Shown here: positions 1-9,616 of the stretch, piece after piece | Layout: each line of letters starts with the position of its first letter | Numbering within the stretch: the stretch's first letter is position 1 | Origin: a virus | DNA length: 64,000 nucleotides | Virus record (IMG/VR): IMGVR_UViG_3300021197_001787 | Coordinates: 130,232 to 194,231 of that record | Strand: one strand, 5' to 3' | The notes under the pieces: model-generated | What the model was told of the DNA's origin: nothing | Database searches by the model: none | The model's input: only the letters and a program-made list of their open reading frames with translations | Made by a program: the position numbers and the translations under genes

Positions 1-160
1 ACCATGATTGTACCATATCTTTATCTTTCTTGTCAAATTGTTTTTGACAAGCGCCACACTGTCGCGGTAGCTTTCCAAACTGGGAAATTTTTTGCGCGAG
101 GTTTTCGGTGGCCTCTTGTCCCATATGTTTGTTCATGGCGCGCCGCTGTTTGCGATTCAT
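1..160 (-). CDS. hypothetical protein, partial (runs off window start)
   Basis: Not in ORF track; ATG at 160 overlaps methyltransferase stop (ATGA); reads MNRKQRRAMNKHMGQE...QCGACQKQFDKKDKDMVQSW, open to position 1. Confidence 0.7.
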   Translation of the reverse strand, partial: MNRKQRRAMNKHMGQEATENLAQKISQFGKLPRQCGACQKQFDKKDKDMVQSW

Positions 161-645
161 CGGTTCATAGCTCCAAATATCTGTTGCCTGTAAGCGCCGT
201 CAAATACAACTACTGCTGACGGGAATGGTGCTGAGTTTTCGGAATCTCCAAACTTAAGTCGGCCTTTGACAAAGTATACTTCGTCGGCTTTCATGACGTA
301 TTGGTGCCAATACTTTGTATCGGTGCGGGCTGGAATTAACATAACCACGCGGGTGCCCTCACTGCGAGCCTCGTCATAAGCCTTCTTGATCCAGTTCTCA
401 ATCCCACGGCCATAGGGCGGGTTAATAAAGCAAGTAAACCCTTCCCAGCTTTTTGAAAGACCATCCTCGGCCTCTGTAAAAAAGTTTGCGCATTTAGTGT
501 TACTAGGATCTGCGCAGGGATCTAAATCAAATGGGCCGAAACGCCAATCTAGCTTTTTAAAAAATTCTACTGGGGTTGCCCAGTTTCCCGTCTTAGACGA
601 GAACATTGTTAGCTGCGTATTCTTATTCATTTTCCTCACCGCCAC
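157..645 (-). CDS. phage DNA N6-adenine methyltransferase (Dam-like)
   Basis: NWATP, FDLDPCA and NPPY motifs. Confidence 0.9.
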   Translation of the reverse strand: MAVRKMNKNTQLTMFSSKTGNWATPVEFFKKLDWRFGPFDLDPCADPSNTKCANFFTEAEDGLSKSWEGFTCFINPPYGRGIENWIKKAYDEARSEGTRVVMLIPARTDTKYWHQYVMKADEVYFVKGRLKFGDSENSAPFPSAVVVFDGAYRQQIFGAMNR

Positions 646-877
646 TAATCATTTCAAAGTTTTCAACTACTTCTTCAATGTTGTACTTTTGCTTGAAAAG
701 GCGATATGCCTTTACTGCTGCACGAATCTCATCCGTATTGAGCCAGTTGTTTTCTCGGAACTCAGTGCGCAGTTCGCGCTTTTGTTCCTGATAGGGTTCG
801 ATGCATTCTTCAATAGCCGCCAGTGAGCGAATGTACTCCTTGACGTATTGTTTCTTTTGGTCTTGTGTTGTAGCCAT
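623..877 (-). CDS. small helical DNA-binding-like protein (T4 DsbA/GapR-like)
   Basis: 84 aa, helical, strong SD (AAGGAGG), own sigma70-like promoter; family call from overall resemblance only. Confidence 0.5.
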   Translation of the reverse strand: MATTQDQKKQYVKEYIRSLAAIEECIEPYQEQKRELRTEFRENNWLNTDEIRAAVKAYRLFKQKYNIEEVVENFEMISGGEENE

Positions 878-900
878 TATAGCCTCCTTGTTTCTCTATT

Positions 901-929
901 AATATAGCAAGGAAGGGCTTGACTGTCAA
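901..929 (-). promoter_or_regulatory. sigma70-like promoter
   Basis: TTGACA (929-924) N17 TATATT (906-901). Confidence 0.75.
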
Positions 930-933
930 GTAC

Positions 934-1632
934 TTATTCGACGTGAACTTTAAAAACTTGGTATATAAAATTTTTCATCAGTTTTTGCTTTTCATCTTCA
1001 GTTTCACATTCCGCGTATTTGTAATTGTAGGTCATCTTTTCCTGTTGTATGCTAGAATCCAATTCTTGAATTTTAATCTTCATCCATCTGTTTTGTTGTT
1101 TGTAATTCTTCGGTGTTCTCACACCAAACCTGTCAGAAAGTTCAAGAAGAAAATAGTAACGTTCTTCTTTTAATGCCGCTTGGGCTTCTTTAAACAACTC
1201 AAGCCGATCGGCTTTTTCGTCGTCAGTCAATCCTTGTGACCGGTCAGGGTGTAAATACAGGGCAATCTTTTTAAACAATTTTGCAAAAGACTCATATAAT
1301 TCACGGCCGTCTTTCTCTATCACTTCGTCTGCGTATGCAGGCTCTGGTGTATTGTGATATAAAACCAAGGCGCCGTCGTCGTCAATCTCGCTTTCAGGTA
1401 GTTGCAGAACCTCAGCGTTTTCGTGCTCTTCTATCTTGATTGTTTGCGCTGCCAATAAGTTTCTATTTAAATCAGCAAGATCAACCTGCTTTTGTTCACA
1501 AAAATCTTCAAGGTACATTTGAAATTCTTGAGCATGTGAAGAATTTATATCTTCAATAAACTCAAGTTCGCTATGTTTAAACTTTAACTCATTTAAAGTT
1601 CTTTTCCATCTTAATAGATTCGATGCGCGCAC
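934..1632 (-). CDS. J-domain (DnaJ-like) protein
   Basis: LFKKIALYLHPDR...LELFKEAQAA: HPD motif between two helices; GTG start. Confidence 0.7.
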   Translation of the reverse strand: MRASNLLRWKRTLNELKFKHSELEFIEDINSSHAQEFQMYLEDFCEQKQVDLADLNRNLLAAQTIKIEEHENAEVLQLPESEIDDDGALVLYHNTPEPAYADEVIEKDGRELYESFAKLFKKIALYLHPDRSQGLTDDEKADRLELFKEAQAALKEERYYFLLELSDRFGVRTPKNYKQQNRWMKIKIQELDSSIQQEKMTYNYKYAECETEDEKQKLMKNFIYQVFKVHVE

Positions 1633-1672
1633 GCTATATCCCCCGATAACTTAATTAGTCAGGGGCGACGAC

Positions 1673-2278
1673 CTATTTGAAATTAAATTTTATTTCTGTG
1701 GTTATTCTCATTTCTGGTACGTGCAATTTATTGGCTAGTTTGTGCTTCTTGCACTCGTCTGCTTCTAAAAACCAATCGGCATGACCCTTATCGTGAACGA
1801 TATCAAGAAAATAGTCTTTGTGGTGGCCACAATTTTCTGCCATCATGGTGTATATTTTTTGATTTAAGCGATCAGTTTCTTCGGCAGATGCTTTGATCTC
1901 TTCAACCTTGCCCCAGCCCATTGAACTTACATCATGAATCATCACAGTAGCATCAGGATCCATATATCTATGTCCCTCGGCGCCGAAACTGAAGAGTATC
2001 GCACCGCAAGACATAGCCTTGCCTTGTACTATCGTAGCTACAGGGATTTTTGAATGCTTGATATCGGAAATCATGGACATTAGGCTGTAAACCTGACCCC
2101 CATAACTGTCAATGATAACTGGCACGATGGGTTGCCCAGTATTCTGTGCTTTTCTTATCAGTGCAGAAAAACTCTTCGCGGATGACTCATCAAATTTGCT
2201 AACCCTTATAATGATCGGCAGATCATCAATTAGTTTGGGTTCCTTTAGCATTGGGCTGAATGTTTTTATAAGGTTCAT
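1673..2278 (-). CDS. clpP: ClpP-family protease subunit
   Basis: IDSYGG, AMSCGA (catalytic Ser), MIHD (His), HADWFL. Confidence 0.88.
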   Translation of the reverse strand: MNLIKTFSPMLKEPKLIDDLPIIIRVSKFDESSAKSFSALIRKAQNTGQPIVPVIIDSYGGQVYSLMSMISDIKHSKIPVATIVQGKAMSCGAILFSFGAEGHRYMDPDATVMIHDVSSMGWGKVEEIKASAEETDRLNQKIYTMMAENCGHHKDYFLDIVHDKGHADWFLEADECKKHKLANKLHVPEMRITTEIKFNFK

Positions 2279-2285
2279 AACATAA

Positions 2286-5200
2286 TTATCCTAATAGTTT
2301 AAATGTCTTCCAAAGAGCGTAGGTGGAGAACCCCCATTGCTCATCGTATTTAAGCTTGGCCATGTACGGCCTATTGATAAATATCTTGTCTTTCTCCGGA
2401 CGCACTCCCCAGCATCTAATTTTTTCAGTTTCGTTGTTAGAATCAATAACTTCAACAATCCAATAGTTCTTGCCATTCTTGGTTTTCTTGGCGACGATCT
2501 TACGAGGAATAAACCAGCAAACACACAAGTCGGGATCAAATTCTGATATTGGCGGAATGTACTTCTCACGGAGTCTGTTGATAGTATCGGTACTAATGAC
2601 TAGGTTCATTGGAAACACGCCAGTCAACTCTGTTTTAAAATGAATAATCTCCTCCTCTGTAAAGTCGCCTTCCTTGCGGTAAGCGTCAATGTTTTCATTA
2701 AACTTCTTCTTGTTCTTCGGCCGGTCAACGACCGCTGCAGACCAAAAGTGTTTACGACCTGTAAAGCGGTCATCAACCAACCCGTCCATAGCGCCGGCGC
2801 GGCACAAAGCATCTAATGCTTTCTTGTTAAGTTTGGAATATGTTATTTCTTCGCGGAATAATAGATCTTCAATATCATAGAAAGGTCGATGGTCCAATAT
2901 CTGTTCAAGAGCAGAATCACCGAAGCCTTTAATAGAGGTGAGCGGCTGGATGAGGGTCTTGTTGTCCTCTGCTATCTCCCAAACACGGCCCGATTTGTTA
3001 AGGTCAACCGGTGCGATATTATAGCCAAGTGACTTGGCAATGTTAATTGCTTTTTCTTTTCGTGTTTCTGGTTCCTTGTCCAAGAAGGCGGCTGTCCACT
3101 CGGCTTCGTAGTAGTTCAAAAGCCATGCACACTGATAAGAGATTACACTGTAAGACACAGCATGGGACTTGTTGAAGCCGTATCCGGAGAAGTACTCAAA
3201 CTTGTCCCAAAGCGCTTGGGCCTCGTCTCGATCAATATCTTTAGCTACACATCCCTTAATAAACTTATCATGCAACTTACCTTTAACAGAACCTTTTCCT
3301 GTTCCCTTCTTTGTTAGCACCTTGCGAAGCATGTTGCCCTCATCGAGCGTCAAGCCACCAAGCTTGTGGGCAAGCAGGGCGATTTGCTCTTGAAAGATCA
3401 GGAACCCAAAGGTCTCTTCAGTGATCTCGCGAGCTTCGTCAGAAAGGTACTTGATATAGTGCGGGTGACTCTTGGCCTCCACATAGTCAGCGTCAACGCC
3501 AGCGGACAATGGGCCAGGACGGAAGATAGAAGTAACCGCTGACACATCAATAATATTGCGAGGCTTAACCCTCGTACAGAATCCTTGAGCACCGCTTTCA
3601 GTGAACTGGAAGACTCCAGCCCACTTGCCGGCATGAAAAATATTCTCGTACACATTCTGGTCTTCAAGATCGATGATGTCAGGATGCAAATATTTATTAT
3701 AGTAATCTCGTACCTGCGTGAAGGTAGGTTCTTCTACTCCATAATGACGACGAAGAATATGTTGAATACAAACCTCCATCATCTTAAGAGTCGCCAAGCC
3801 TAATAAATCAAACTTAATGAACCCCATCGGCTCCAAGTGTCGCACGTTTTGACCTTCTGACCATGGTGTTTGCCTCACTCCACCTGAATTAATAAGGGGC
3901 ATGCTCTTGTCTAAGTCTTCTGCAATCACAACACCGCCGGCGTGGCGCGAGCACGACCGAACTTGTCCGACAAGACCCTGAACGTGGGATCTTACCGCCG
4001 GATATGTATTTAAAAAGTTTTGCAGTGAAGGAGAAAACTCCATCACTTCCTGCCAAGTTGGGGCGTAGATACCAGCTTTAATACCATGCTTTTGCTTTGC
4101 AAGAGGTGTGGCCTCTTTAATCATGATATTCGTAACGTTGTTTACCTCTGTAAAAGGGATGTCATACAATTTTGAAATATCCTTAACGAGAGAACGAAGT
4201 TGCAAAGTATTCCAATTGGAGATAGGCGCGACCACATTCTCTCCCCACATCTCTACCAAACGCTCCTTCAGAATCATCGGGTCTGATACATCATAGTCAA
4301 TATCAGGATAATCGGTGGCGTCAGAACGCAAGAAGCGAGAGAACAGAAGACCGTGCTTAATTGGATCAATCTGTGTGATGCCAAGCGCATAGGCCACCAA
4401 GGAGCCTGCAGCAGAGCCGCGGCCCGGGCCGGCCAACATCATGTCATTCGTGACATCCACAATAGCTTTCATCGTGAGAAAGTACTTGGAAAAACCACGG
4501 TCATCGATAACGTTCAACTCTGCGCGTAGTCGATCAGTATATTCCTTGTTGGTGTGCAAGCCGTAAGTCTTAAGACCTTCTAATGCGTAGTTAACCAAGG
4601 CTTGCGTGGCAGTAAAGCCGGCCGGCACAACGAATTCGGGAAGGCGCACTGTATTGTCAGGAAGAAACGACTCAATTCTTTCATGGGCAATTCTGTGTGT
4701 TTCTTCAATACTTTTCAAGACTACATCATCATCATATTCAAACCCCGTGGATTCTGAATACTCTTTGTAGCTTTCCCAGATTTGATCACCGTTCTTGGGA
4801 TACAGCTCATAACCTATTTCCGTGACGTCATCGGGAAGAAACGAATCTGAATCTTCAGCCCACTTCGGCTTCCCTTTGCCAAGCCAACCCAAACGCTTGT
4901 AGAGTTCCCTATCTTTCCAAGCATCAGGGCCGGGGTAGTGGCTGTCTGCGGTGGTGATCAACCCAACGCCATTCTCTTGTGCCGTCTGAATAACGTACTG
5001 ATTCAATTCATGTTGCTCTTTAATATTGTTCCATTGAATCTCAGCGTACCAGCGGTCACCAAAAATATCTAACATGTTTTCAGTAGTCTCTCTCATCGCC
5101 TCTAGGACGGCTTCTTCACCCTCGTCCCGGTTCTCCCAGTAGTTACCAGCATAAACGCCGCCTAAGCATGCTGACGCGGCGATAATACCCTCATTATACT

Positions 5201-5720
5201 TCTTTAAGAGAGCATAGTCAATGCGCGGGTATCGGTAAAAGTTTTCAGGCTGATAAGACTCTGAGATGAGCTTGAAGAGGTTGTTGAGTCCCGTCTGGTT
5301 TTGTACCAACAGAACCAGATGACGGCGCCGGCGTAGAATATCTTGAGTCTTCTTGCTATTGCCTTCGTCCTCAACTGTCGCACCCGATTGGGCATCTTTC
5401 TTAATACTCTTGGCGCGTTTCTTATCGGCCATGCCTTGGTCATAGGCTTCTCGCCACTCAGCAATAGACGGTGTGAAGTAAGCCTCGCACCCAAAGATAG
5501 GCTTGAACTCTTTGCCTTCTGCTTGCATCTTCTTGGCATGCAAAACCTGATACGCTAGGCCATTCATATTACCATGGTCGGTGAGAGCTAAAGCATCTGA
5601 ACCGTTTTGATAAGCAAAATCCATATGATCTTGTGGAAAGCCGATAGCATCAAAAATTGAGCCGGCTACTGAGTGGGCATGGAGCCCTACGAATTTAATG
5701 TTGGAATCTTTTCGATTCAT
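2286..5720 (-). CDS. dnaE: DNA polymerase III alpha subunit (family C)
   Basis: PHP motifs HAHS, TDHG, GCEAY, TADSH; GRGSAAGSLVAYALGIT; PDIDYD; RHAGGVVI; KFDLLGL; GFNKSH. Confidence 0.97.
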   Translation of the reverse strand: MNRKDSNIKFVGLHAHSVAGSIFDAIGFPQDHMDFAYQNGSDALALTDHGNMNGLAYQVLHAKKMQAEGKEFKPIFGCEAYFTPSIAEWREAYDQGMADKKRAKSIKKDAQSGATVEDEGNSKKTQDILRRRRHLVLLVQNQTGLNNLFKLISESYQPENFYRYPRIDYALLKKYNEGIIAASACLGGVYAGNYWENRDEGEEAVLEAMRETTENMLDIFGDRWYAEIQWNNIKEQHELNQYVIQTAQENGVGLITTADSHYPGPDAWKDRELYKRLGWLGKGKPKWAEDSDSFLPDDVTEIGYELYPKNGDQIWESYKEYSESTGFEYDDDVVLKSIEETHRIAHERIESFLPDNTVRLPEFVVPAGFTATQALVNYALEGLKTYGLHTNKEYTDRLRAELNVIDDRGFSKYFLTMKAIVDVTNDMMLAGPGRGSAAGSLVAYALGITQIDPIKHGLLFSRFLRSDATDYPDIDYDVSDPMILKERLVEMWGENVVAPISNWNTLQLRSLVKDISKLYDIPFTEVNNVTNIMIKEATPLAKQKHGIKAGIYAPTWQEVMEFSPSLQNFLNTYPAVRSHVQGLVGQVRSCSRHAGGVVIAEDLDKSMPLINSGGVRQTPWSEGQNVRHLEPMGFIKFDLLGLATLKMMEVCIQHILRRHYGVEEPTFTQVRDYYNKYLHPDIIDLEDQNVYENIFHAGKWAGVFQFTESGAQGFCTRVKPRNIIDVSAVTSIFRPGPLSAGVDADYVEAKSHPHYIKYLSDEAREITEETFGFLIFQEQIALLAHKLGGLTLDEGNMLRKVLTKKGTGKGSVKGKLHDKFIKGCVAKDIDRDEAQALWDKFEYFSGYGFNKSHAVSYSVISYQCAWLLNYYEAEWTAAFLDKEPETRKEKAINIAKSLGYNIAPVDLNKSGRVWEIAEDNKTLIQPLTSIKGFGDSALEQILDHRPFYDIEDLLFREEITYSKLNKKALDALCRAGAMDGLVDDRFTGRKHFWSAAVVDRPKNKKKFNENIDAYRKEGDFTEEEIIHFKTELTGVFPMNLVISTDTINRLREKYIPPISEFDPDLCVCWFIPRKIVAKKTKNGKNYWIVEVIDSNNETEKIRCWGVRPEKDKIFINRPYMAKLKYDEQWGFSTYALWKTFKLLG

Positions 5721-6604
5721 TTTAATACCTCCTGAGTATTACATAGTATAGTGTGTTTGTGTGGTGCTGTCAAGTTATCTGAAGGTCTTTGTATAAAATT
5801 GTCACTCGCCATAAATTGCCTGTATCCGTCCCAATCACCAGCATCCCAAAACCAGTCTAATTCATGAACTTTTGAGTTGGCTTCCTCAACTTGTGAAAAG
5901 ACAGTCTTTATATCAAAACTTCTTGCTGACCACCTTTCATTAATTGGCAATTTTTTGGATGGATATTTTTCGTGATCTTTGGTATTATAATAAGTTTTTG
6001 TTGTCTCAGAATTCACATGCCTTCTGCATTGTTTAAAGTCCTCACCAAACATGGTGAATGGTAAGTATTTGTTATCCTTCACTGTCTGCCCCTCATGGGA
6101 CAAAAAGAAGTTGTTCTCATGATGCATTATATCGGACCTCATTGAACGCAATGAGTATATATTAAAAGCAGAATGGGGGAAGGAGACATAGTATTTTTCT
6201 GGCACTATCCACTTTGACAATCTTGATGCGACATACCATGCAGAGTGCATACCATAGAGGGCTGACCAGCCATATGAATCGCGGCGATCTCTATCTTTCG
6301 GGTGGACAGGGACATAGTAAATTGGAATCTCTTTTCTTTTATCTTTATAGAATTTTTCTTTGCGATAATAATACACCGGATCATAAGTCCATTCTCCAAT
6401 CGTCTTCCTGATGATTGGTGCCATGTCATCGTTAGCCACAATCCATATAGTCTGGCAGCCAGCGATGGCGCACTCAAATACCGACTTTTGTATCATAGAG
6501 AACCCTTGATCTAACGGTAATAGGCACCACGGATACTTGACATCAAACGTGTCCTCAAAATTCGCGAGAGGAATAATCCCTGCCATGTGTATGTGTTTGC
6601 TCAT
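5717..6604 (-). CDS. nucleotidyltransferase-fold protein (divergent)
   Basis: GIIPLA...LLPL...SMIQKSVFECAIAGCQTIWIV follows the sugar-nucleotidyltransferase N-terminal pattern but lacks GxGTR. Confidence 0.55.
   Translation of the reverse strand: MSKHIHMAGIIPLANFEDTFDVKYPWCLLPLDQGFSMIQKSVFECAIAGCQTIWIVANDDMAPIIRKTIGEWTYDPVYYYRKEKFYKDKRKEIPIYYVPVHPKDRDRRDSYGWSALYGMHSAWYVASRLSKWIVPEKYYVSFPHSAFNIYSLRSMRSDIMHHENNFFLSHEGQTVKDNKYLPFTMFGEDFKQCRRHVNSETTKTYYNTKDHEKYPSKKLPINERWSARSFDIKTVFSQVEEANSKVHELDWFWDAGDWDGYRQFMASDNFIQRPSDNLTAPHKHTILCNTQEVLK
5745..5773 (-). promoter_or_regulatory. sigma70-like promoter for dnaE, inside upstream CDS
   Basis: TTGACA (5773-5768) N17 TATACT (5750-5745); SD AGGAGG follows. 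Confidence 0.75.
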
Positions 6605-7452
6605 AGGTGTTTTAAATATTTCTTATATAATCTTGATTTTTCAGAAATTTGAGAAATCATCTCTTTTTGACTCGGAATCTCAAGTTCTATATTGTGTTGG
6701 TCCACACAAAAGGTCAGTGCAAAGAGTTCTTTAGTTCGGTTGATTGTTGAAGTTTTAAACTTGTAATGCTTTGGACGACCTTTGTGATCGTAACCATTAA
6801 GCAGGCCTCGCATTCCCCTGCCTTCCATTTCTTTAATAACTTTAAAGCGCGCCATTGTTTCAGAAAGGTCAAACTCTTCAAGCTTGTCGCCATCGATGAA
6901 GGAGACTGCGCATGCATCCTTTACTTTGGTGTTGCCACATATCCTATCGGAAGAATAAAACCATATTTCTTTAACAAACTTATCTTCTGTTTCAATAAAA
7001 TCAATTTCATGCTTGCCGCCACTATTAAAAGCTATCCAATCATAACAAACGTATTTTTTGTTCTTTGGCTTTTGTGTGAAGTCATACAATTTATCAAAAT
7101 AAACATCACAAATTTTAGAATATTCGTTAAAACAGTGAAAAGAGTTAACATAATGTCGTATGCTGGTGCAAAGACCCGCTAGCGGAGCCAAACCATCTAA
7201 TGAAAGCAGAAAAAGCATTCTCTCCCAGACTAAATCTTTTGGCATGCCAGTAATTTGATCCCCTTCAAAAGTACTTAAGACATTTTTTTGTCTGGGTAGT
7301 TTTAGACTATCCAACTCCGCTTCTGGTGCCATGTAATCAAATCTAAACGGCCGTTGAGGCTGGTCAAAAAAAATAGGGTAATGGTTGATAAAAGCAAATA
7401 GAACTGCGTCAAAACTGCTACCCAAGACAACATCGCGATAACTTGTTATCAA
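6601..7452 (-). CDS. hypothetical protein, possible degenerate Rossmann start
   Basis: DVVLGSSFDAVLFA resembles a beta-alpha dinucleotide-binding start; overlaps both neighbours. Confidence 0.45.
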   Translation of the reverse strand: MITSYRDVVLGSSFDAVLFAFINHYPIFFDQPQRPFRFDYMAPEAELDSLKLPRQKNVLSTFEGDQITGMPKDLVWERMLFLLSLDGLAPLAGLCTSIRHYVNSFHCFNEYSKICDVYFDKLYDFTQKPKNKKYVCYDWIAFNSGGKHEIDFIETEDKFVKEIWFYSSDRICGNTKVKDACAVSFIDGDKLEEFDLSETMARFKVIKEMEGRGMRGLLNGYDHKGRPKHYKFKTSTINRTKELFALTFCVDQHNIELEIPSQKEMISQISEKSRLYKKYLKHL

Positions 7453-8642
7453 TCTTCCCTTCTAAGTCCAAGTGTCATTAGTGCAGCCATAAAGACAACA
7501 TACAAGCTGCCGCGGCTCCTTAGCACGCTGTTGCACCCCGCGGGTTCCTTCGGACTCGGACTTCCTGTGTTTTCAGCAAACTCAAATGAGTCTCCGGTAT
7601 CTGTATTTTCTTCGTGTTCCAAGCCCGTGTCTTCCACTTCTGGAGGTTCTCCGGAGTCTGTGATAACTTGCTCTTCTTCGTCATCAGGCTCATCAGCAGG
7701 GATGAAGAATGGCTGCGAGATCACCAAATCGCTCAAAGTCACGCCTAGCTCATGGTGGAAGGGGTCATACCACCCGGTATCAAAGTTGCCCACAAAGTTT
7801 AACTCATCGATCCTGAAGGGCATTCCTTCCTCAACTTGAACACTCAAAAAGTATTCGTGATAGGCTGATTGTGTTTCTCTGGCGCCAAGGTTTAAGTACA
7901 TATCCCACGCCATTAGATCAGCGCGGCCGTCAACAAACACATCCCACTCGTAAAGTGTGACTTCATATTGCGTCTGTACAGAATATTCTGACGAATGGTA
8001 ACCCTTTACTTGGAGGTTACCGGCAGCTTGCATCTCAGTGCCTTCTTCCTCGATCTTATATTCTCCGTGAGCCATCACAGCGCCCTCAGAATCAGAGCCA
8101 ATGCCATATGCGTTCTGAAATGTTACTTGTCCATAAGCATCAATGCCATATGATTCAAACGGAACAGACCAATCCCAGCGGAAAGCACCTTGTTCGCGCT
8201 CCACATCGGTCATAGCCTCCACACTTAGAACGGGATGTTCACCCCAATCACTCCACTCGTCTGCCCATAGCTTACACTGCGCTCCTCTTGCCCAATCCCA
8301 GGGTGCGTAGTAGCAGTCATGTCCCGGTGTAACCCGTGTTTTGATGACGGCAACATAAAAATCTGTACCCCTATCAATCGACGATTGGAACCAGAAAAAT
8401 TCCACAATGGCATCAATGGTGTTATCATAAACATCCGAGTTCCCAACGTAAAGCGTATTCCCTTCAAAAAAGGCGTACGGAAATCGGCCCTCACTGCCAG
8501 CGATGTCAGTAGCGGTTTCAAACGATACGTCCCAGTCTCCTTCTAAAATAGATGCGCCTGAATAAGACGTCTCGCTAGCGCTCAAGTCACTAGCATTTGC
8601 TGGGCCCATGAGGCACAGCGATAGCAATAAGTTTGTAAACAT
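7449..8642 (-). CDS. exported protein with GC-transmembrane-RR (MYXO-CTERM-like) tail
   Basis: Signal peptide MFTNLLLSLCLMGPANA; acidic DTG linker; tail AGCNSVLRSRGSLYVVFMAALMTLGLRRED. Confidence 0.7.
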   Translation of the reverse strand: MFTNLLLSLCLMGPANASDLSASETSYSGASILEGDWDVSFETATDIAGSEGRFPYAFFEGNTLYVGNSDVYDNTIDAIVEFFWFQSSIDRGTDFYVAVIKTRVTPGHDCYYAPWDWARGAQCKLWADEWSDWGEHPVLSVEAMTDVEREQGAFRWDWSVPFESYGIDAYGQVTFQNAYGIGSDSEGAVMAHGEYKIEEEGTEMQAAGNLQVKGYHSSEYSVQTQYEVTLYEWDVFVDGRADLMAWDMYLNLGARETQSAYHEYFLSVQVEEGMPFRIDELNFVGNFDTGWYDPFHHELGVTLSDLVISQPFFIPADEPDDEEEQVITDSGEPPEVEDTGLEHEENTDTGDSFEFAENTGSPSPKEPAGCNSVLRSRGSLYVVFMAALMTLGLRRED

Positions 8643-8667
8643 GTTTCTCCTAGATTATGTTTAAAGT

Positions 8668-8696
8668 ATTATAACTTAGATAGCACAAGTTGTCAA
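8668..8696 (-). promoter_or_regulatory. consensus sigma70 promoter
   Basis: TTGACA (8696-8691) N17 TATAAT (8673-8668). Confidence 0.85.
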
Positions 8697-9604
8697 CTAC
8701 CTTGTTCTTCCTTTATTTCATCAAGCAGTGTTTTAAGATCTAACCCGGCGCAGTCGATCTTCCTCTTGCTAACATGATAATGACTAACAAAACCTTTAAA
8801 CTTGCCGTATGCCACCCGTTGCTCATAGTAATTTGATGTCTTACCGAACTGATTAAGGGGAGTCTCGTAGGGTATACCTGTAGACTCGTGGACCGCTTTC
8901 CAAAGAGCCTTGAGTGCTTCTAACTGTTTGGGATAAAACCCCATAAATGGGCCTAGCTCGTTACCATTGATATATGCCTTTTCAATTATTGGCCGTTCTC
9001 CAAAGCCATTCTTAATATACCAGTCTTGGTATTTTGGATAATAAGCGTTTGAGATCTCAACACCGATGGAGGGTCTGTTGGTTCTTTCAGAGCCGGCATG
9101 CCAGCCAGCATGTTGCATGTCCATAGTTTGATATATGGTCCCGTCATTATCAATAAGGAAATGCACAGAAATTCCTCTTTTGTCTAAAATCCTCTGACAA
9201 GATTTAGAGCTGAGGCATACATCCCAGTGGTTAACAAAATATCTAATTTTGCGCTTTGGGCGGCCGGTATAATCGTAGTAAGTCCCGCGTTTTGATTTTA
9301 AACCATTAGGCTCTGACCACAGCACAACTTTTTCCCAATCAATGTGTGTAAAGTTGCCATTAAAAACAATGTAATTTGAATACTGGCATTTATCCGGAAT
9401 ATGATCATCGATATTTTCTTGCCTATTTGTCCATAGGCGCCTGAAGGTGGCCGGGCCGCATAGCCCATCGGGCGATAATCCAAGTTTACGCTGAAATAGC
9501 TTTATTGCGCGAGTTAACTTGTCATCAAAAAACTTTTCCCCGAACCACGACGGCTCCCAACCCAACTTGGCCGCCGAGGCCTCATTGTAAAAATTCTTAT
9601 CCAT
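8693..9604 (-). CDS. endolysin: peptidoglycan-binding domain plus Amidase_2
   Basis: AIKLFQRKLGLSPDGLCGPAT (PG-binding); VNHWD, HFLIDNDGTIYQ, WHAG, SIGVEI, VSHYHV, KIDC. Confidence 0.9.
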   Translation of the reverse strand: MDKNFYNEASAAKLGWEPSWFGEKFFDDKLTRAIKLFQRKLGLSPDGLCGPATFRRLWTNRQENIDDHIPDKCQYSNYIVFNGNFTHIDWEKVVLWSEPNGLKSKRGTYYDYTGRPKRKIRYFVNHWDVCLSSKSCQRILDKRGISVHFLIDNDGTIYQTMDMQHAGWHAGSERTNRPSIGVEISNAYYPKYQDWYIKNGFGERPIIEKAYINGNELGPFMGFYPKQLEALKALWKAVHESTGIPYETPLNQFGKTSNYYEQRVAYGKFKGFVSHYHVSKRKIDCAGLDLKTLLDEIKEEQGS

Positions 9605-9616
9605 GTATATAATTTC

